A DNA stretch of 63,714 nucleotides, filler included, from Rhabdomonas costata (GCA_019059605.1; 54 parts of 54 records of this genome joined end to end with filler, not necessarily neighbours in it); one strand, 5' to 3'. Shown: positions 48,355-60,840, counted from the whole stretch's first letter. Translations and numbers: made by a program. The notes: a model not told the origin generated them from the sequence alone.

Positions 48355-49001
48355 ANNNNNNNNNNNNNNNNNNNNNNNNNNNNNNNNNNNNNNNNNNNNT
48401 TAATTAATTAANNNNNNNNNNNNNNNNNNNNNNNNNNNNNNNNNNNNNNNNNNNNTGTGGTTTTTAAGTTTGAGTGGGATGCCCCCTCCCTCTCGCCTTT
48501 TTCCAAACGTTGTTCCCCCTCTTTGAAAGCGTGCACTTGCATGGATGTTTGTTCTATGTCGGGTCCTTGTTTTTGTCTTGGAACAGCAGAGATGGTATTG
48601 GGGTCCGTGCCATTTTTGAAAACCGGTTGTGAAGACGGCTGATGAACTCTAAATATAATATTGAGCTCTTCATTTCCCACTGAGCTGAACTGAATGTGAT
48701 GCGAACCGTAATCGGTTTGTTTCATGCCAGTGTTCCATGGCCGGTTTAGTTCAGGACGCTGGCGCCTTGCTCTGTAAACACAATGCTCAGAGACAGCGAC
48801 AGCTTGGCACCCTAGTGACCTTGCGAATTGCTGGATTCGTGAGTTGTGTGTCTCTCGTTATGCAACAGAGATGCCCCCTGACCCTCCCTTTTCCACATTC
48901 GAACCTGCGGTGAGTTGGGTTTGCAGAGTTTGCCTTGTTTGTGTCCTTTGTTTCCTTTTTCCTTTCTGGCCTGCTGTCCTTTTCTATGTCACAGTGGCAA
49001 T

Positions 49002-49537
49002 ATGTCCGCCCACAACAGTTCCACGGCTCCGCGCTTCCCTGAAGGCCTTCCCCCTGCGGCGGCGCCCTTTACCACACATCTTTCTGTGTTCCACCAGTCC
49101 TCCTCCATGATTCCCAGCGCTTCAGACATCCGCGCGCTTCGCCTCGCCGTCACCTCCACGGACTCCCCCCGGAATCTCCCCGCAGCACGGCCCCGGAGCC
49201 GCAGGTGCGGTGTGCCGCTGTTCGTCAGCCTAATCCTTCCTGCCCTGCTGGTGGCGATGGCGTTCATGGTGGTGCTGTGGCAGACCACCACGGCCACGGC
49301 GACGGCCTCCGTGGACTCTCTCTCGGGGCGGGTCTTTGATGTGATTCAGATGCAGCTGATTGCGGAGATCGGCCTGCTCACCCGGGGCATGGCCAGCACG
49401 GCTCAAATGGGGGCGGCTGCCGTCCTAGTGAACTCCAGCGTGGACAGCCTGCAGGGCTTCTTCTACCGCACCTTGACATTGATGAAGGAACCTCTGGGCA
49501 TCTCGTACACCTCTGTTACGGGATTGACACACCCACC
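49002..49537 (+). CDS. Membrane receptor-like protein N-terminus (TM helix + putative extracellular sensor helix), 3'-truncated
   Basis: VPLFVSLILPALLVAMAFMVVLW (TM), then ASVDSLSGRVFDVI, as at the start of Cache-type receptor cyclases/kinases. The catalytic domain is not visible. Confidence 0.5.
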
Positions 49538-50870
49538 NNNNNNNNNNNNNNNNNNNNNNNNNNNNNNNNNNNNNNNNNNNNTTAATTAATTAANNNNNNN
49601 NNNNNNNNNNNNNNNNNNNNNNNNNNNNNNNNNNNNNTTTGGTTGCATGCGCAACGACCATAATTTGAACCGCGCGAAATTTCTGGGATGTGAAAAGGGG
49701 CTGTCATTTCATGGCCCGGAGGTCTTTTCTTATCAGTTTTCTGAAGACCCAATAATTTGATCCATAAAACCATAACCTTAGTTAAATTTACGGTATTTTC
49801 CCTGATCTTCACCGACCACCAATAAAGCAATCAAGGTTTCAGGGACCAGTTAAGCCTATCATGCCCTCTTTGCTCAGAGCATCCCACTTGCGCTGAAAGT
49901 TCGTACACCTGTCCGGGTGGATATGCTGCACGAAACGGGAGCACCGTGTGCTCCAACATGACTTGCGTTCAGGCAGACTGCTGCAATGGTGTGCTGAACT
50001 CCAGACTCCATTCCTTTTTTCTGTCTTTGGGGGTGTACTTGGTGGAGGAACTTGAAGGAGGATTTTCGGATTTTTCAACTTGACCACATGAAACTGGGTG
50101 AATTGATGACTGTGCTCAGGGTCGTCTTGTGCTGCATCCCGCGGCGTTTCGTGCCCCGTGGGTCGAGTGTTCGACTCGAACTTGAATTGCCCCACAACCG
50201 CCTGCCGCTCAGATGATTGCTGCCCCCCAGGTCGGCCTACGTTGTGTTGTTGAACTCAATTCAATGGAACGGAACGCCACTGCGTCACCACAGTTCAGTG
50301 AACACCAGCATAACAAGCAGCAAACAAGAAACTTGAAATAAAACACTGGGAACTCGCATGAATATACTTTTTTAAGGGGGGCTTCTTTTTTTTTACGAGC
50401 TCGCTTTGGGTCGTCGCACCCCCGGCCCTTATTCACTGCGAGCTTTTTGACAAACGGCATCCGCAAAGCAAACGATCAGGGAAGGAACCCACCAACGCGG
50501 TCTCTATTTCCGCTCGCAATATCCCGAGAAGATAGAAGTGAGACCACCACCACTTCGGAACTTCCGGAGGCACAAATTAACAAACACTCAGACCAGAGAC
50601 CACCCAGGCCCGAGACTGAGAGAAACGCAGCGCTGTGGGCTGTGGGGGCTGGAGAGGAGACGCGGCGGGAGACCTGCACACACAAGCACAGACACAGAAA
50701 TCACACCCACCCTCATCCTNNNNNNNNNNNNNNNNNNNNNNNNNNNNNNNNNNNNNNNNNNNNTTAATTAATTAANNNNNNNNNNNNNNNNNNNNNNNNN
50801 NNNNNNNNNNNNNNNNNNNTTTGTGTGTTATTTTTCAGCCCTTTTGAAGGGAAGCCTTTCCGAAAAAAGG

Positions 50871-51329
50871 ATGCCCCTCTCGATGAATTCCCTCACCTCC
50901 GTCCCATTCCTGGGAGTCCTAGCGGGGCTTGCCGGGCTCTCCGGCGTTGGCCTGGGCGCGGTCAACGCGAACCTCGTGAAGCCCAACCTCTCCCCAGACT
51001 CCCTCGCCATGTGGCAGACTGCCGTGCAGTACCACCAACTTCACGCCCTGGCCCTCCTGACCTGCTTCGTCGCAGCAATGGCCCGAGCAGAGCGTCCCAG
51101 TCCCGCACTGGCCCCTCTTCAGTGGGCTGGGCTGTGCTGGGCCCTGGGCACGGTGCTGTTCTCGGGCTCTGTGTACTTCGCCGCGGTGGGGGTGCTGCCC
51201 CCGGCCCTGGGGTTCGTCGCCCCGGTTGGGGGCCTGGTCCTGCTCGCGGGCTGGCTCTGCGTGATCTTTGCGGCGTGCAGCAAGGCCACAGCCACATATC
51301 AGCCTCTAAACCCCGCAGCGCCCCTGTAG
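50871..51329 (+). CDS. TMEM256: DUF423 / TMEM256 (YgdD-like) membrane protein, complete and intronless
   Basis: GLSGVGLGA, WQTAVQYHQLHALALL, GTVLFSGSVY and APVGGLVLLAGW are the family motifs. Confidence 0.9.
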   Translation: MPLSMNSLTSVPFLGVLAGLAGLSGVGLGAVNANLVKPNLSPDSLAMWQTAVQYHQLHALALLTCFVAAMARAERPSPALAPLQWAGLCWALGTVLFSGSVYFAAVGVLPPALGFVAPVGGLVLLAGWLCVIFAACSKATATYQPLNPAAPL

Positions 51330-53183
51330 CACTGTGTTTTTCTCCTTCCCCGCGTTGTGGCACCCATATCATCTTTATGGAATAGGGGTTCCCTCTCTGT
51401 GGACAACGTCTTCCCCGACCTTGTTGGGCCCTTGACGTTCTGGTAGTGGTTAAGGTTTTATTCTCTACGTATCATTCCTTCCCTCTGAATTGTATTCTGC
51501 AAACACCACCCACCGTTTGTACCCTGCTATTTATAATCTGCCTGCTGGGTATACTGTAAACTGCTCGTGGTTTCCATATTTCCCAACACACACTTTCCAT
51601 TTTGCTGTTATGGTCGATACATCGATCTCGTTTTCTGTACGCCAGGGTCTTCGACTCTTGTTGTGATTTCATTACGAGTTCTTGCTGTTTTGTGACTTCT
51701 GGCGGCTTTTGCGAAGGTACTAGACTGACGTCTTCCTTTTTCCCACGAATTTTGTTTTGCTCTTAGCTTTGGACGTTAGCGGGGTCGGGGTGGAGGGAGA
51801 GGCAGTGTTAACGGTGCATGCATTGAAAGTGTCTGTTAAAGCCTCCCAGGTGACGTTGCCGCCCCAACCCCCCGCTCCACCCCTACATCAACGGCCTTTC
51901 GNNNNNNNNNNNNNNNNNNNNNNNNNNNNNNNNNNNNNNNNNNNNTTAATTAATTAANNNNNNNNNNNNNNNNNNNNNNNNNNNNNNNNNNNNNNNNNNN
52001 NGGTTGGGGGTGGGGGGTGAGTGTGTGGGCGTGTGTCTGCGCGCGCCGAAAACCTGGAGAAACGATGATGGTCAGCGGAGACCCGGCCACCTCGGCCAGC
52101 GAGTGGCTCAGCGCGCTGCACAGCAGCACTCGCACGGAGAAGGTGCCCGCCTACCGCGGAAGAAACCAGAGGTTGCGCTCCCCTCCTCTCTCTTTTCCCG
52201 TCTTCCTCCCTCTCCTGTAGCTTTGCTTACCAGCTTCCCACCAGTAAAGCCTCTTGTTCTGCCTGACTGGTTTGGGGGGTTTTTGCATGGGGGCGGGCAT
52301 CCGCAATTAAAGAGTGTGCGTTGAGGAGGGAGACGTCCCCTTATGAGCCGAGGAGCGTCACCCGGCATCCGCAATTAAAGAGCAAGTGCCAAAAGCAGGT
52401 GCATTGCAAAGCTGGCACGACCATCAAAGAACCTAAGACCAGTACAAAAAAGTGCGGGTGTCATGCATGAAGCTGCAAAAATTTGGCGGACTGTGATGAA
52501 TGATGATTGAAAACAAAGGTGACAGGATCAGACATCACCCCAATTCAGTTCGGTTCCACAAAAGAGGCCTGTCCTTGGACCAAGGAGCACAGTCATTGTG
52601 CGAGGAGCCACATTGGTCATCACAAATGTCCCCTTTTCAGAAAAAACACTATTGATGTTTTCCAGTCAAAACAGTTGTTCTGTCATTTTTTAAAAGAATT
52701 AATGTCATTTATTCTGCTTTCGCTCCAATTTGTTATCGAGTCTGGTTCATTGTGTTTCCAAACTTTAATCATCGATTTTAGTCAAAAACTTCCGCAAAGC
52801 GTAAACTGATTCGTGGAACATTTCCTCCGAGTTCAACAGTTGCAAAGGCCAGAGGGGAGAAGAATGCCATACCTTCTCAGTGTAATATGTGATCTTACGC
52901 ACTCCGTGACCACAAGGTTCATTCCTGAAAGTCAAGAACAGGAGAGGCTGAAGGCAGAACAGAGAGGAAAAAGAAAGGCCCATCACCATTTCTAAACAAA
53001 AGAAAGAGCAACGCAAACAAATCCCAACACATTCAGGATAGGGACACCTGAGAATGCGAAAGTTTGAGTCGTCACACCCAACCNNNNNNNNNNNNNNNNN
53101 NNNNNNNNNNNNNNNNNNNNNNNNNNNTTAATTAATTAANNNNNNNNNNNNNNNNNNNNNNNNNNNNNNNNNNNNNNNNNNNN

Positions 53184-53400
53184 ACGTTCAGGGCTTCGTA
53201 TAGGGAACGAGAGAGAGGGAATCGGTTCGGGGGCGAAGAGGTCGTCGAGAAATCTACAATTTGTCATCGTCCGGAGGTCCGTTTGCTCCACGAAGTCCCT
53301 CTCGGCCACGGAACAGAAGATGTTTGCCAGCTGTGGCGAGGGTGAGATCCCCATTGGGATTCCTTTGATTTGTCTCCTATGCCTATGGTATGCCTCTATG
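53184..53400 (-). mobile_element. Penelope-like reverse transcriptase fragment
   Basis: RQIKGIPMGISPSPQLANIF...E...RFLDDLF covers RT motifs 4-5 with the GIPMG..SP.LANI signature of PLEs. Flanks are not coding. Confidence 0.8.
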
Positions 53401-54365
53401 TGGCCGTCTCTACCAATTTTGACGGGGGTTCGACGTTTCAAGTCTTGATATTTTCACGTACCCCCGGTTAGCATGGGTGGGATTTACGACGGGAGTGGTC
53501 CGGACCGCCGAATCGAAGGCTACGTGGCAGCACTAGCGAAAGAATTTGGCCCAGCCGAGCAGTTTCCGTCGACTTGTACATCATACATGTACGTATGTAT
53601 GTATTTTTTGTCAAAAACCCTAAAAATCGTGTTTTTCGGTGTAAAACGAAGTTGGCTTCGAGTTCAAGCCCCAAGATGTGACCTATTCCCCAATTTTGGG
53701 GATCGCGGTTCACTCCATGGGCGGCAAGAGACGTATGTACCGATAAACCTGAAAACAACTGAAAATCAAGTCGTTTCGGGACCCTTAGCGGCGCCCGCGC
53801 GCAGCGCCCTTACTTGTTGTGTTACACATCTCAGATCGCAAAGCACCGGTGGCAGCTTGCTGGATTGGTAAAGAATACGGAGAAAGAGTAAGGAGCAAGA
53901 GAGCGGCCTGGGGTCTTTTCGAAACTCATTTGAGTTTCGTGGAGACGGCTTTCAGGTCGAGACTTGGGTTTTCCACCATAAGCCGCCCCGAAAGTGTTCG
54001 ATACGAAACATCTCGTGAAACTTCCATCCAAACCATACAAAAACGCTGAAACATGGAAAAGCGCGGCAAGGAAAAGGAAAAAGTTCTGCGTTGGCTATTG
54101 GCGCAAAAAGTACAGCACAAACATACTTTGCTCAAAAATAACCACCGACCGAACCGCAAATCTCAAACCAGGACCGCAAATATGTCAAGGTCCCCAAGGT
54201 GCTTTTTTCCAGTCCACGTACACTGTGGGCAGGATCGCTGAGGCCGCAGAGGCCCCTTCCACCCTNNNNNNNNNNNNNNNNNNNNNNNNNNNNNNNNNNN
54301 NNNNNNNNNTTAATTAATTAANNNNNNNNNNNNNNNNNNNNNNNNNNNNNNNNNNNNNNNNNNNN

Positions 54366-54829
54366 GGTGGTGTGTTGCCATCTCGGCAAGGGTTCCTCGA
54401 CGAATGCTGGTGCCGTCCGTGCAGCACGGATCGCCCCTGGGATAGTCCTGAGATTTACAAAAACCGCGACGCCCCCCAGTAAAACAAGCGAAAAACCATC
54501 CACACAACTCGATAACCCGAAACCCCGACATGGATATTATCCATCTAGCAGCTCTTCACTCTGCTCCAGCCCAACGACTCGGCTGAGAGAAAGGGTTCCT
54601 ACCACCCAAGCAACAGCAGACTAGCTGCAAATGAGACAGAAACTAGATTTCAAAGTTGGGAAGTAAATTGCGGCGGTCGAATGATCAGGGGACAGACCTC
54701 GTCAATGACGACGCAGTACTTCCGGCCACCCCTCAGCCGAAAATGTACCATTATGCCCTCCATTCGGACATCTTCCACAAACGGCAGCCCACGAACCTCA
54801 GCGAGATCCCGCAAGGCAGCCTCAGCCAT
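54366..54829 (-). CDS. First two exons (54829-54698, 54447->54366) of a possible RWD/UBC-fold protein
   Basis: MAEAALRDLAEV...VHFRL...YCVVIDE|DYPRG shows a helix-strand-strand-YP pattern. Phase-0 GTCTGT...ctcag intron. Confidence 0.4.
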
Positions 54830-57291
54830 GGGTCAATATTTCACAACCCAAATAGAAAGGGGCACTGGCCGCTGAAAACAGGAAGCAGGGAAACCCAACA
54901 CTGCCAGTAAAACTGAAGTCACTGCAAGCTAAAACCGACTGCAAACAGCAAGGGGAACAGAATAGGTGGCAGAGTGGTTACACCGTAAAACGAGCGTTTG
55001 CAACGTTATGTGTTCATGAAGGGACGGCATATGCTACTAATGCCCAGCAGCATATATACAGGCCAAAAAGGCATCAGTCGAACCGTTACGGAGCTCTCCA
55101 CTTCGGGGTGTAACTGGGCTTGCATTTTGGACCCAGCGGCCCTTTTGCATATAGTTTCGCAATGCAGCGCGCAAACGACATTCAAAGATCAGCGGAAGCG
55201 AATAACTCTCACTTACCTTACCAGGGAGGTGTCCAGCGCCTCAACGACGTGCGACGTAGTCCAAGGCCCCCGGTAAGGTTTAATTTTAAACCCATGCGTC
55301 TCAGTGAGCAATACATCGTCTTGAGCAAAGTATTGCGGTAATATCGGACACCCAGAAAGCGCGGTTGGGTAACCACGTTATTAGACTGAAACGCACAACT
55401 ATTTCGGTTCTGTTGTTTTCGACCCTTTCTGCAGCACATTGTTTATNNNNNNNNNNNNNNNNNNNNNNNNNNNNNNNNNNNNNNNNNNNNTTAATTAATT
55501 AANNNNNNNNNNNNNNNNNNNNNNNNNNNNNNNNNNNNNNNNNNNNTGTGTGTGGGCACTTGTGGGGCGGCGTTAGCCTGGGGCACTGCTCCACTGCGGA
55601 ATAGGTGTGCTGGAGGGGGGTTGCTTTTGGATCGTGCCTTGTGGCGCCACAGGATCAATATGCCCAGTGAGAGAAAAATCGCAGGGTCTTTTGGTTCCGT
55701 ATGCACGAAAAGGAATGGATTTTTGTGGTTGTGGCGGGTTGTCGGCAGTCTTCAAGCAGTGGGGTGTCTGCTCCCATGCAGGCCATGCAGGCACAGGATT
55801 GCGTTGTCTGCTGTGTTTGCCGTATGACCTATCCCCGGCCCTTCGTGGCAAAGCCCATGTATGCCAAGAGAAGAAGTTCATCTCACGTGAACACCCGGTG
55901 CCCCCATTTTGCTTTGTGCTGCCGCGGGCAAGAAATGACCCCATTCTAATAATGCTGATAAGAACTGGGACGATTTTCATCGCTCTAATGCCAAGGTCAA
56001 AGTGCCAAAGTGCTCCAGGGAATCTGAATGGGTCATCCCATGATAAGCAACCCAATACCGCTATTGTGAATCCCAGCCATTCAGTTGTGGGTGTGGGAAG
56101 TTGGTGCGCTAGGGTGCCTGGCGAAGACTCAGCAGCACCCCCGGGTTGAGGGCGGAGTAGGTCCAGGCCAGGGAGTTCATCAAGGCATTGCCCTCCGAGG
56201 GTCCCCCTCCGCTCAGCAGCAGCCCCTGGCCCAGCACGCGGCCCCCACATCGAGAGCGCAGCAGCACCAGCACGGACTCCACGGCGACGGACAGTGGCAG
56301 GGGAACGTACCCGACCCCCAACGCCGCCCCTCGGGCAGAGGTCTCCGTCAGAGCCCTTTGTGGGAAGGGGGGCATGCCGGCCTTCAAGACCGCAAACCAA
56401 TGATGATATGGGTCACATATGGGCATAAGCCGGAAGGACCAAAGCGAACTCGCGGTGGCTGGAGTGAACCCCCACCCAGATACTGAAATCTGCTGTCATC
56501 TAAAAAAACCATGGTCACGATCAAGTCTTTCACCAGTTGAGAGTTGAGCTGTGGACCGAGGGCGTGTCAAATAAAGTCCTTCAGATCGCCGTAGGCGGCA
56601 CAAAAGTCAGGAAAGAAGGGACACAACNNNNNNNNNNNNNNNNNNNNNNNNNNNNNNNNNNNNNNNNNNNNTTAATTAATTAANNNNNNNNNNNNNNNNN
56701 NNNNNNNNNNNNNNNNNNNNNNNNNNNTTGTTGTGGGTGTGTTGTGTCATGTAAGATGTTATTAGTTCTTGAAATGTGTCGCGAGCATTGATGTACATTA
56801 AGGTACCGCATTGGTGTACATTAAATTACTATTTTCACTTATAAAAGTTCTTTACAAAACATGCCAGCTTGGCAGGCGGGTGAGTGAGTACTGCGGTAAG
56901 GACAGTGAATGCCGACCTGGAACTTACAGGTTGGCCAACCGCTTTTTCCGGCATGGTTTTTTTTGAACGCGTTTGCGGCGTTAACACCTTTTTTATTTGC
57001 AGCATTCCTAAAAAAAATGTCGGCCTGGCTGCCAAGATGACAATAAACGATGCCAGTTCCGGTGGTGAAATCACCTCGCTCATTAAACTCTTTTAGCCTC
57101 CTTCACAACGTCCTCCCAGGTAATGCTGACAGAGACGTTGTTGTCAGCGAGGTATTTCGCCATCTCCCTCTGGTACCACCGCTTGCACACCACGAAGAAG
57201 CCCGCCTTACGGTTGCTGCGTTGCATCCGAATTGCGTTGGTTCTCACCGGTTGTCGTGGCGCTTCGAGTTTGGACTTCTGCTGTGCTGTAG

Positions 57292-57498
57292 GGGGACAGC
57301 TACAGTGTGTCGGATCTGCTGGACGGAGAGGCCGCCCTCACCGCGAAGCTCAGCGGGGGCTACATCGTGATTGGGCGGCTGTCGCTGCAGGACTACCACC
57401 GCATCAATGTCCCTGTGGAGGGCAACATCACTCTGATCAAGACGATCTCCGGAAGCTACTGGGGGGTCTCTCCGGAGGCCGCTCGGTCCGAGAACAAG
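57292..57498 (+). CDS. PSD: Exon of phosphatidylserine decarboxylase (PSD2-type)
   Basis: GDSYSVSDLL...GG..VIGRLSLQDYHR..VPVEG.I....ISGSYW.VSP.A.RSENK matches the RL.PQDYHR..P..G region. Borders tgtag| and |GTCCAC. Confidence 0.85.
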
Positions 57499-57924
57499 GT
57501 CCACCCCCCCCCCTCAATCTCTTTTTTCAAGCATTCGCCTGCCCCTCGTGTCGCCTAATGTAGAAAAAAATTTATCCTAGTGGACGGTTTTCATGAATTT
57601 TAGTTTTTTTTTAGGAATAGTTGTTTTCTTCGTTTCCGAAAATTTTGGGTTGTACTGCCATGGTACCAATTGGACGTACCAATCCAGATTTACAAGTTTT
57701 GGGACTACTGACGGATTTATGCACGTGCTTGGGTCGAGTATGCAGTGACGCCAAGAAAATAAGAAAAATTTTCGGAAACGAAGAAAACAACTATTCCTAA
57801 AAAAAACCNNNNNNNNNNNNNNNNNNNNNNNNNNNNNNNNNNNNNNNNNNNNTTAATTAATTAANNNNNNNNNNNNNNNNNNNNNNNNNNNNNNNNNNNN
57901 NNNNNNNNTTGTTGTTGATATGCT

Positions 57925-57987
57925 GTTCCTCCGGAACTCTCAATGTGTCTTTATAGATATTCTACCAATATATCGTTCCTACGGAAC
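57925..57987. repeat. Two bacterial REP-like mini-palindromes GTTCC-T(C/A)C-GGAAC
   Basis: Copies at 57925-57937 and 57975-57987, upstream of a bacterial operon. Confidence 0.55.
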
Positions 57988-58220
57988 TAGATAGATATAT
58001 GTAAAGGGAAAATGCCCCTTAAGCAATTATATTTCCTTTTAATGCTTAATTCAACTTTAGGCGGAAATATTTTTCTCACTGTTTTGTTGATGTACCAGTG
58101 AATAATCCGGGTTTAATCAAATCCGGTATAATAATTTAAATATCAATTAATTAAGAAATTTGTTAAATTTAATGATTATTTAATAATATTTTTTATAATT
58201 ATATCACATGGTAAATTAGT

Positions 58221-58838
58221 ATGTTTAAGAAATTGATGCCCAAGGAAGAAAAATATTTTGAAGATTTTAAGGAACTTGTCTCGTATATTCAGGAAATGGC
58301 TAAGATAACACATTCCTTTTTTTCCTCTCCTTCATATGATAAAGATATCTATTTAAAACTGAAACCAATCGAAAAAAGATGCGATGAAATTTCGGATAAA
58401 ATTACAAAAAGGTTAAATAAAAGCTTTATTACCCCGTTCGACAGGGAAGATATTTTCAGCTTAACAAAGAAATTAGACAGTATTGGCAATAATTTAATGC
58501 GTGCAGCTGTGCGGGTTGACATTTTTAGCCTGGACAAAAAAATTGAATATGCTGAAGATTTATCGGCAATTGTATTGCAACAGATAAAAGAGCTCGGCGT
58601 TGCTATTGAGCACCTGAAAGACCGGGGAGACCACATGAATGAGGTCAAAGCTGTGCGCGACCTTGAAACCGAAGCTGATAATGTTCACCGTACCGCATTA
58701 AAGCAGCTCTTCCTTAACGAAAAAGACCCGATTACCCTAATTAAGAAAAAAGAAATTCTTGAAACACTTGAAAATGCCTCTGATAAATGCCAGACAACGG
58801 CAAATGTTATCATGTCCATTTTTATTAAGAATTCCTGA
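58221..58838 (+). CDS. Bacterial DUF47 (PhoU-like) phosphate transport regulator
   Basis: E..CDEI...I..RLNKSFITPFDREDIF.L...LD, LE.EAD and K.EI.E.LE.ASD.C. Intronless and directly upstream of pit. Confidence 0.95.
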   Translation: MFKKLMPKEEKYFEDFKELVSYIQEMAKITHSFFSSPSYDKDIYLKLKPIEKRCDEISDKITKRLNKSFITPFDREDIFSLTKKLDSIGNNLMRAAVRVDIFSLDKKIEYAEDLSAIVLQQIKELGVAIEHLKDRGDHMNEVKAVRDLETEADNVHRTALKQLFLNEKDPITLIKKKEILETLENASDKCQTTANVIMSIFIKNS

Positions 58839-58888
58839 TTTGTTTGTTTAGGTAAAAATATTTTATTGATTTTGGAAGAAAACACATT

Positions 58889-58969
58889 ATGCTTGCACTT
58901 TATACAATAATTTTTCTGGCTCTCGCGTTCGATTTTATAAATGGTTTCCACGATGCTGCAAATTCAATA
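58889..58969 (+). CDS. pit: Inorganic phosphate transporter (PiT family) N-terminus, truncated
   Basis: MLALYTIIFLALAFDFINGFHDAANSI carries the PiT signature. Canonical DUF47-pit gene order. Confidence 0.92.
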
Positions 58970-59325
58970 AAATATTTTTACCCAACCCCNNNNNNNNNNN
59001 NNNNNNNNNNNNNNNNNNNNNNNNNNNNNNNNNTTAATTAATTAANNNNNNNNNNNNNNNNNNNNNNNNNNNNNNNNNNNNNNNNNNNNAAACCACCCGC
59101 TTTGCCCAAGACCACGGCCCCACCTCAGCTAAAGAGCATGTGTGTGTGTGTGTCTGCTGCATAGCCAGTAGCACTATCTGGATCCAGCAGTTTTATGAGT
59201 CAAGGTAACGCGGAAAAAAAACTAGAGTGGATGAGTTGCAGAAGCGAACTGTGTAACTTGTCACATAAAATAGCCAGCTCTGAAGTACTACTAATACATA
59301 CCAGAACGCCGGGAACAGACCCACC

Positions 59326-59700
59326 TCAGTGCCCTGTCAAAGAGAAAGATGTGAGACCAAAATCGTCCGGGGGTGGCGCAGGAGAGGCCATCGCGCAGGA
59401 AAGGCTGTCATTGGCACCCCCACTGCTGCTGCTGCTGCTGCTACTGGAAGTGGAGGAGCTCAGCAGGTGGGCCTGATGGGCCCGCGCAGCCACCGCGTTG
59501 AGGTCCTCGAGGAGGGAGCGGCGGTAGTGCGAGACGCTGGCCGAGGTGTCTACCGATGGGGGCCCGCCACCCCACCGCCCACCGAAGCCCTGGGCCTGAG
59601 GGCAGGACCCCGAGGCATGGGTGGAGTCCGGCGACAGGGAAGACACAGGCGACGCCCCGTCATCCATCCGCAGTGCGAGCTTCGGGGAACCCCCACTCAC
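59326..59700 (-). CDS. Probable terminal exon of a Ser-rich disordered protein (poly-Ser from a trinucleotide repeat)
   Basis: GC-rich open frame with an (AGC)n run. No recognisable domain. Confidence 0.4.
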   Translation of the reverse strand: MSGGSPKLALRMDDGASPVSSLSPDSTHASGSCPQAQGFGGRWGGGPPSVDTSASVSHYRRSLLEDLNAVAARAHQAHLLSSSTSSSSSSSSSGGANDSLSCAMASPAPPPDDFGLTSFSLTGH

Positions 59701-60704
59701 CTCTAAATGGGCACTTATACCTCTCTATTTGTCAGCAATTAGAAACGAGCTACCCACCCAACGGACTATTTCCAACTGCCCCGCAAGGGTGTTGTTATCA
59801 AAGCAAACCAAACCAAACCAAACTGTTCCCGCCGAGAATGGGCAGGTATTCCCCACCACTGCCCCTTATAGCTGATAAAAAACACAGAGAGCGAGCCCTG
59901 CACGAAAAGGCGAGCAGCAAACAACAAAAACTCCTGCTGGAGTTCAACAATGATGAGAGACAGCAGTATTAAGTAGCTCAGCGACAAACACTTAGGATCT
60001 TGGGCGCTCTTATGAACGAAATTCGTTGCCCCTGACCACTAGCTTCTATTCGGAACAGTAAACGCACCCGTTATTACTGTGGACGGGCACCACCAACCCA
60101 CTCTACCAATTTAGGATATCAAGCCCGGAGTCTCCACAGCAAATGCTGCCCGATAATTGAAGAAGCGGTCNNNNNNNNNNNNNNNNNNNNNNNNNNNNNN
60201 NNNNNNNNNNNNNNTTAATTAATTAANNNNNNNNNNNNNNNNNNNNNNNNNNNNNNNNNNNNNNNNNNNNGTGTTGGGTGTGGGGTGGAGTGGGGGGTGG
60301 GGGATAATGTTCTGCGCTGTTAAGCAGTGAGGCACAAAACGAGGCGAGATAAAGCCCCCTCTTCCAGGAACCCCACGTGCATTTAATTCCAATAAGCCTG
60401 TCTCACTCGTCCACCAAAGATGCTTGGCAACATTAAACAATTAGACCCCCCCCGGGCGCCCGGGGAATGGCATCAACACCCATTACCTATTCGTGGTACC
60501 TTTTCGGAGGACATGCATACATACTCAAGTGTGTTGAGGTGAATTTCCTGATCTGAATTCATTCTGCTGATAGCAATCAGGGGGAAACGAACCACATCTG
60601 GAATGTATCCAATCTATCAGAAGAAGTTTCAGGAGGGCTTATCACCACTCTGTCCCATTTTTGTTTTGAAAAGGAGGAGTGGGGGGTGAAGTGTGCAGTC
60701 ATAC

Positions 60705-60840
60705 GGCCCAGGGCGCCCAGGACGTCTCCCAGGGCAGTGAGGGCCTTGCCCACCCCCTGGGTGTCCACCACGGGGCGCCCGCTAGGAGGCTTCGCGGGCC
60801 GCTCGCTGCCCGCAAGGTCGACCAGCACCAGCCTCCCCAC
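60705..60840 (-). CDS. Exon of a kinesin motor domain (switch II to helix 4)
   Basis: GRLVLVDLAGSER...KALTALGDVLGAL. Borders ttacag| and |GTATGA. Confidence 0.9.

Noticed and set aside
52296..52382. 19-bp direct repeat GGCATCCGCAATTAAAGAG with a 49-nt spacer
   Set aside because: Only two copies, in eukaryotic non-coding context, with no cas genes. Not CRISPR.
57603..57807. ~43-bp inverted repeat resembling MITE TIRs
   Set aside because: The second arm is the contig terminus, so no TSD is testable. Most likely a fold-back, though a MITE is not fully excluded.
58851..58983. Inverted repeat truncating the pit gene
   Set aside because: The pit frame switches into the reverse complement of upstream sequence at the contig end. 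This is a chimera, not a real gene disruption.
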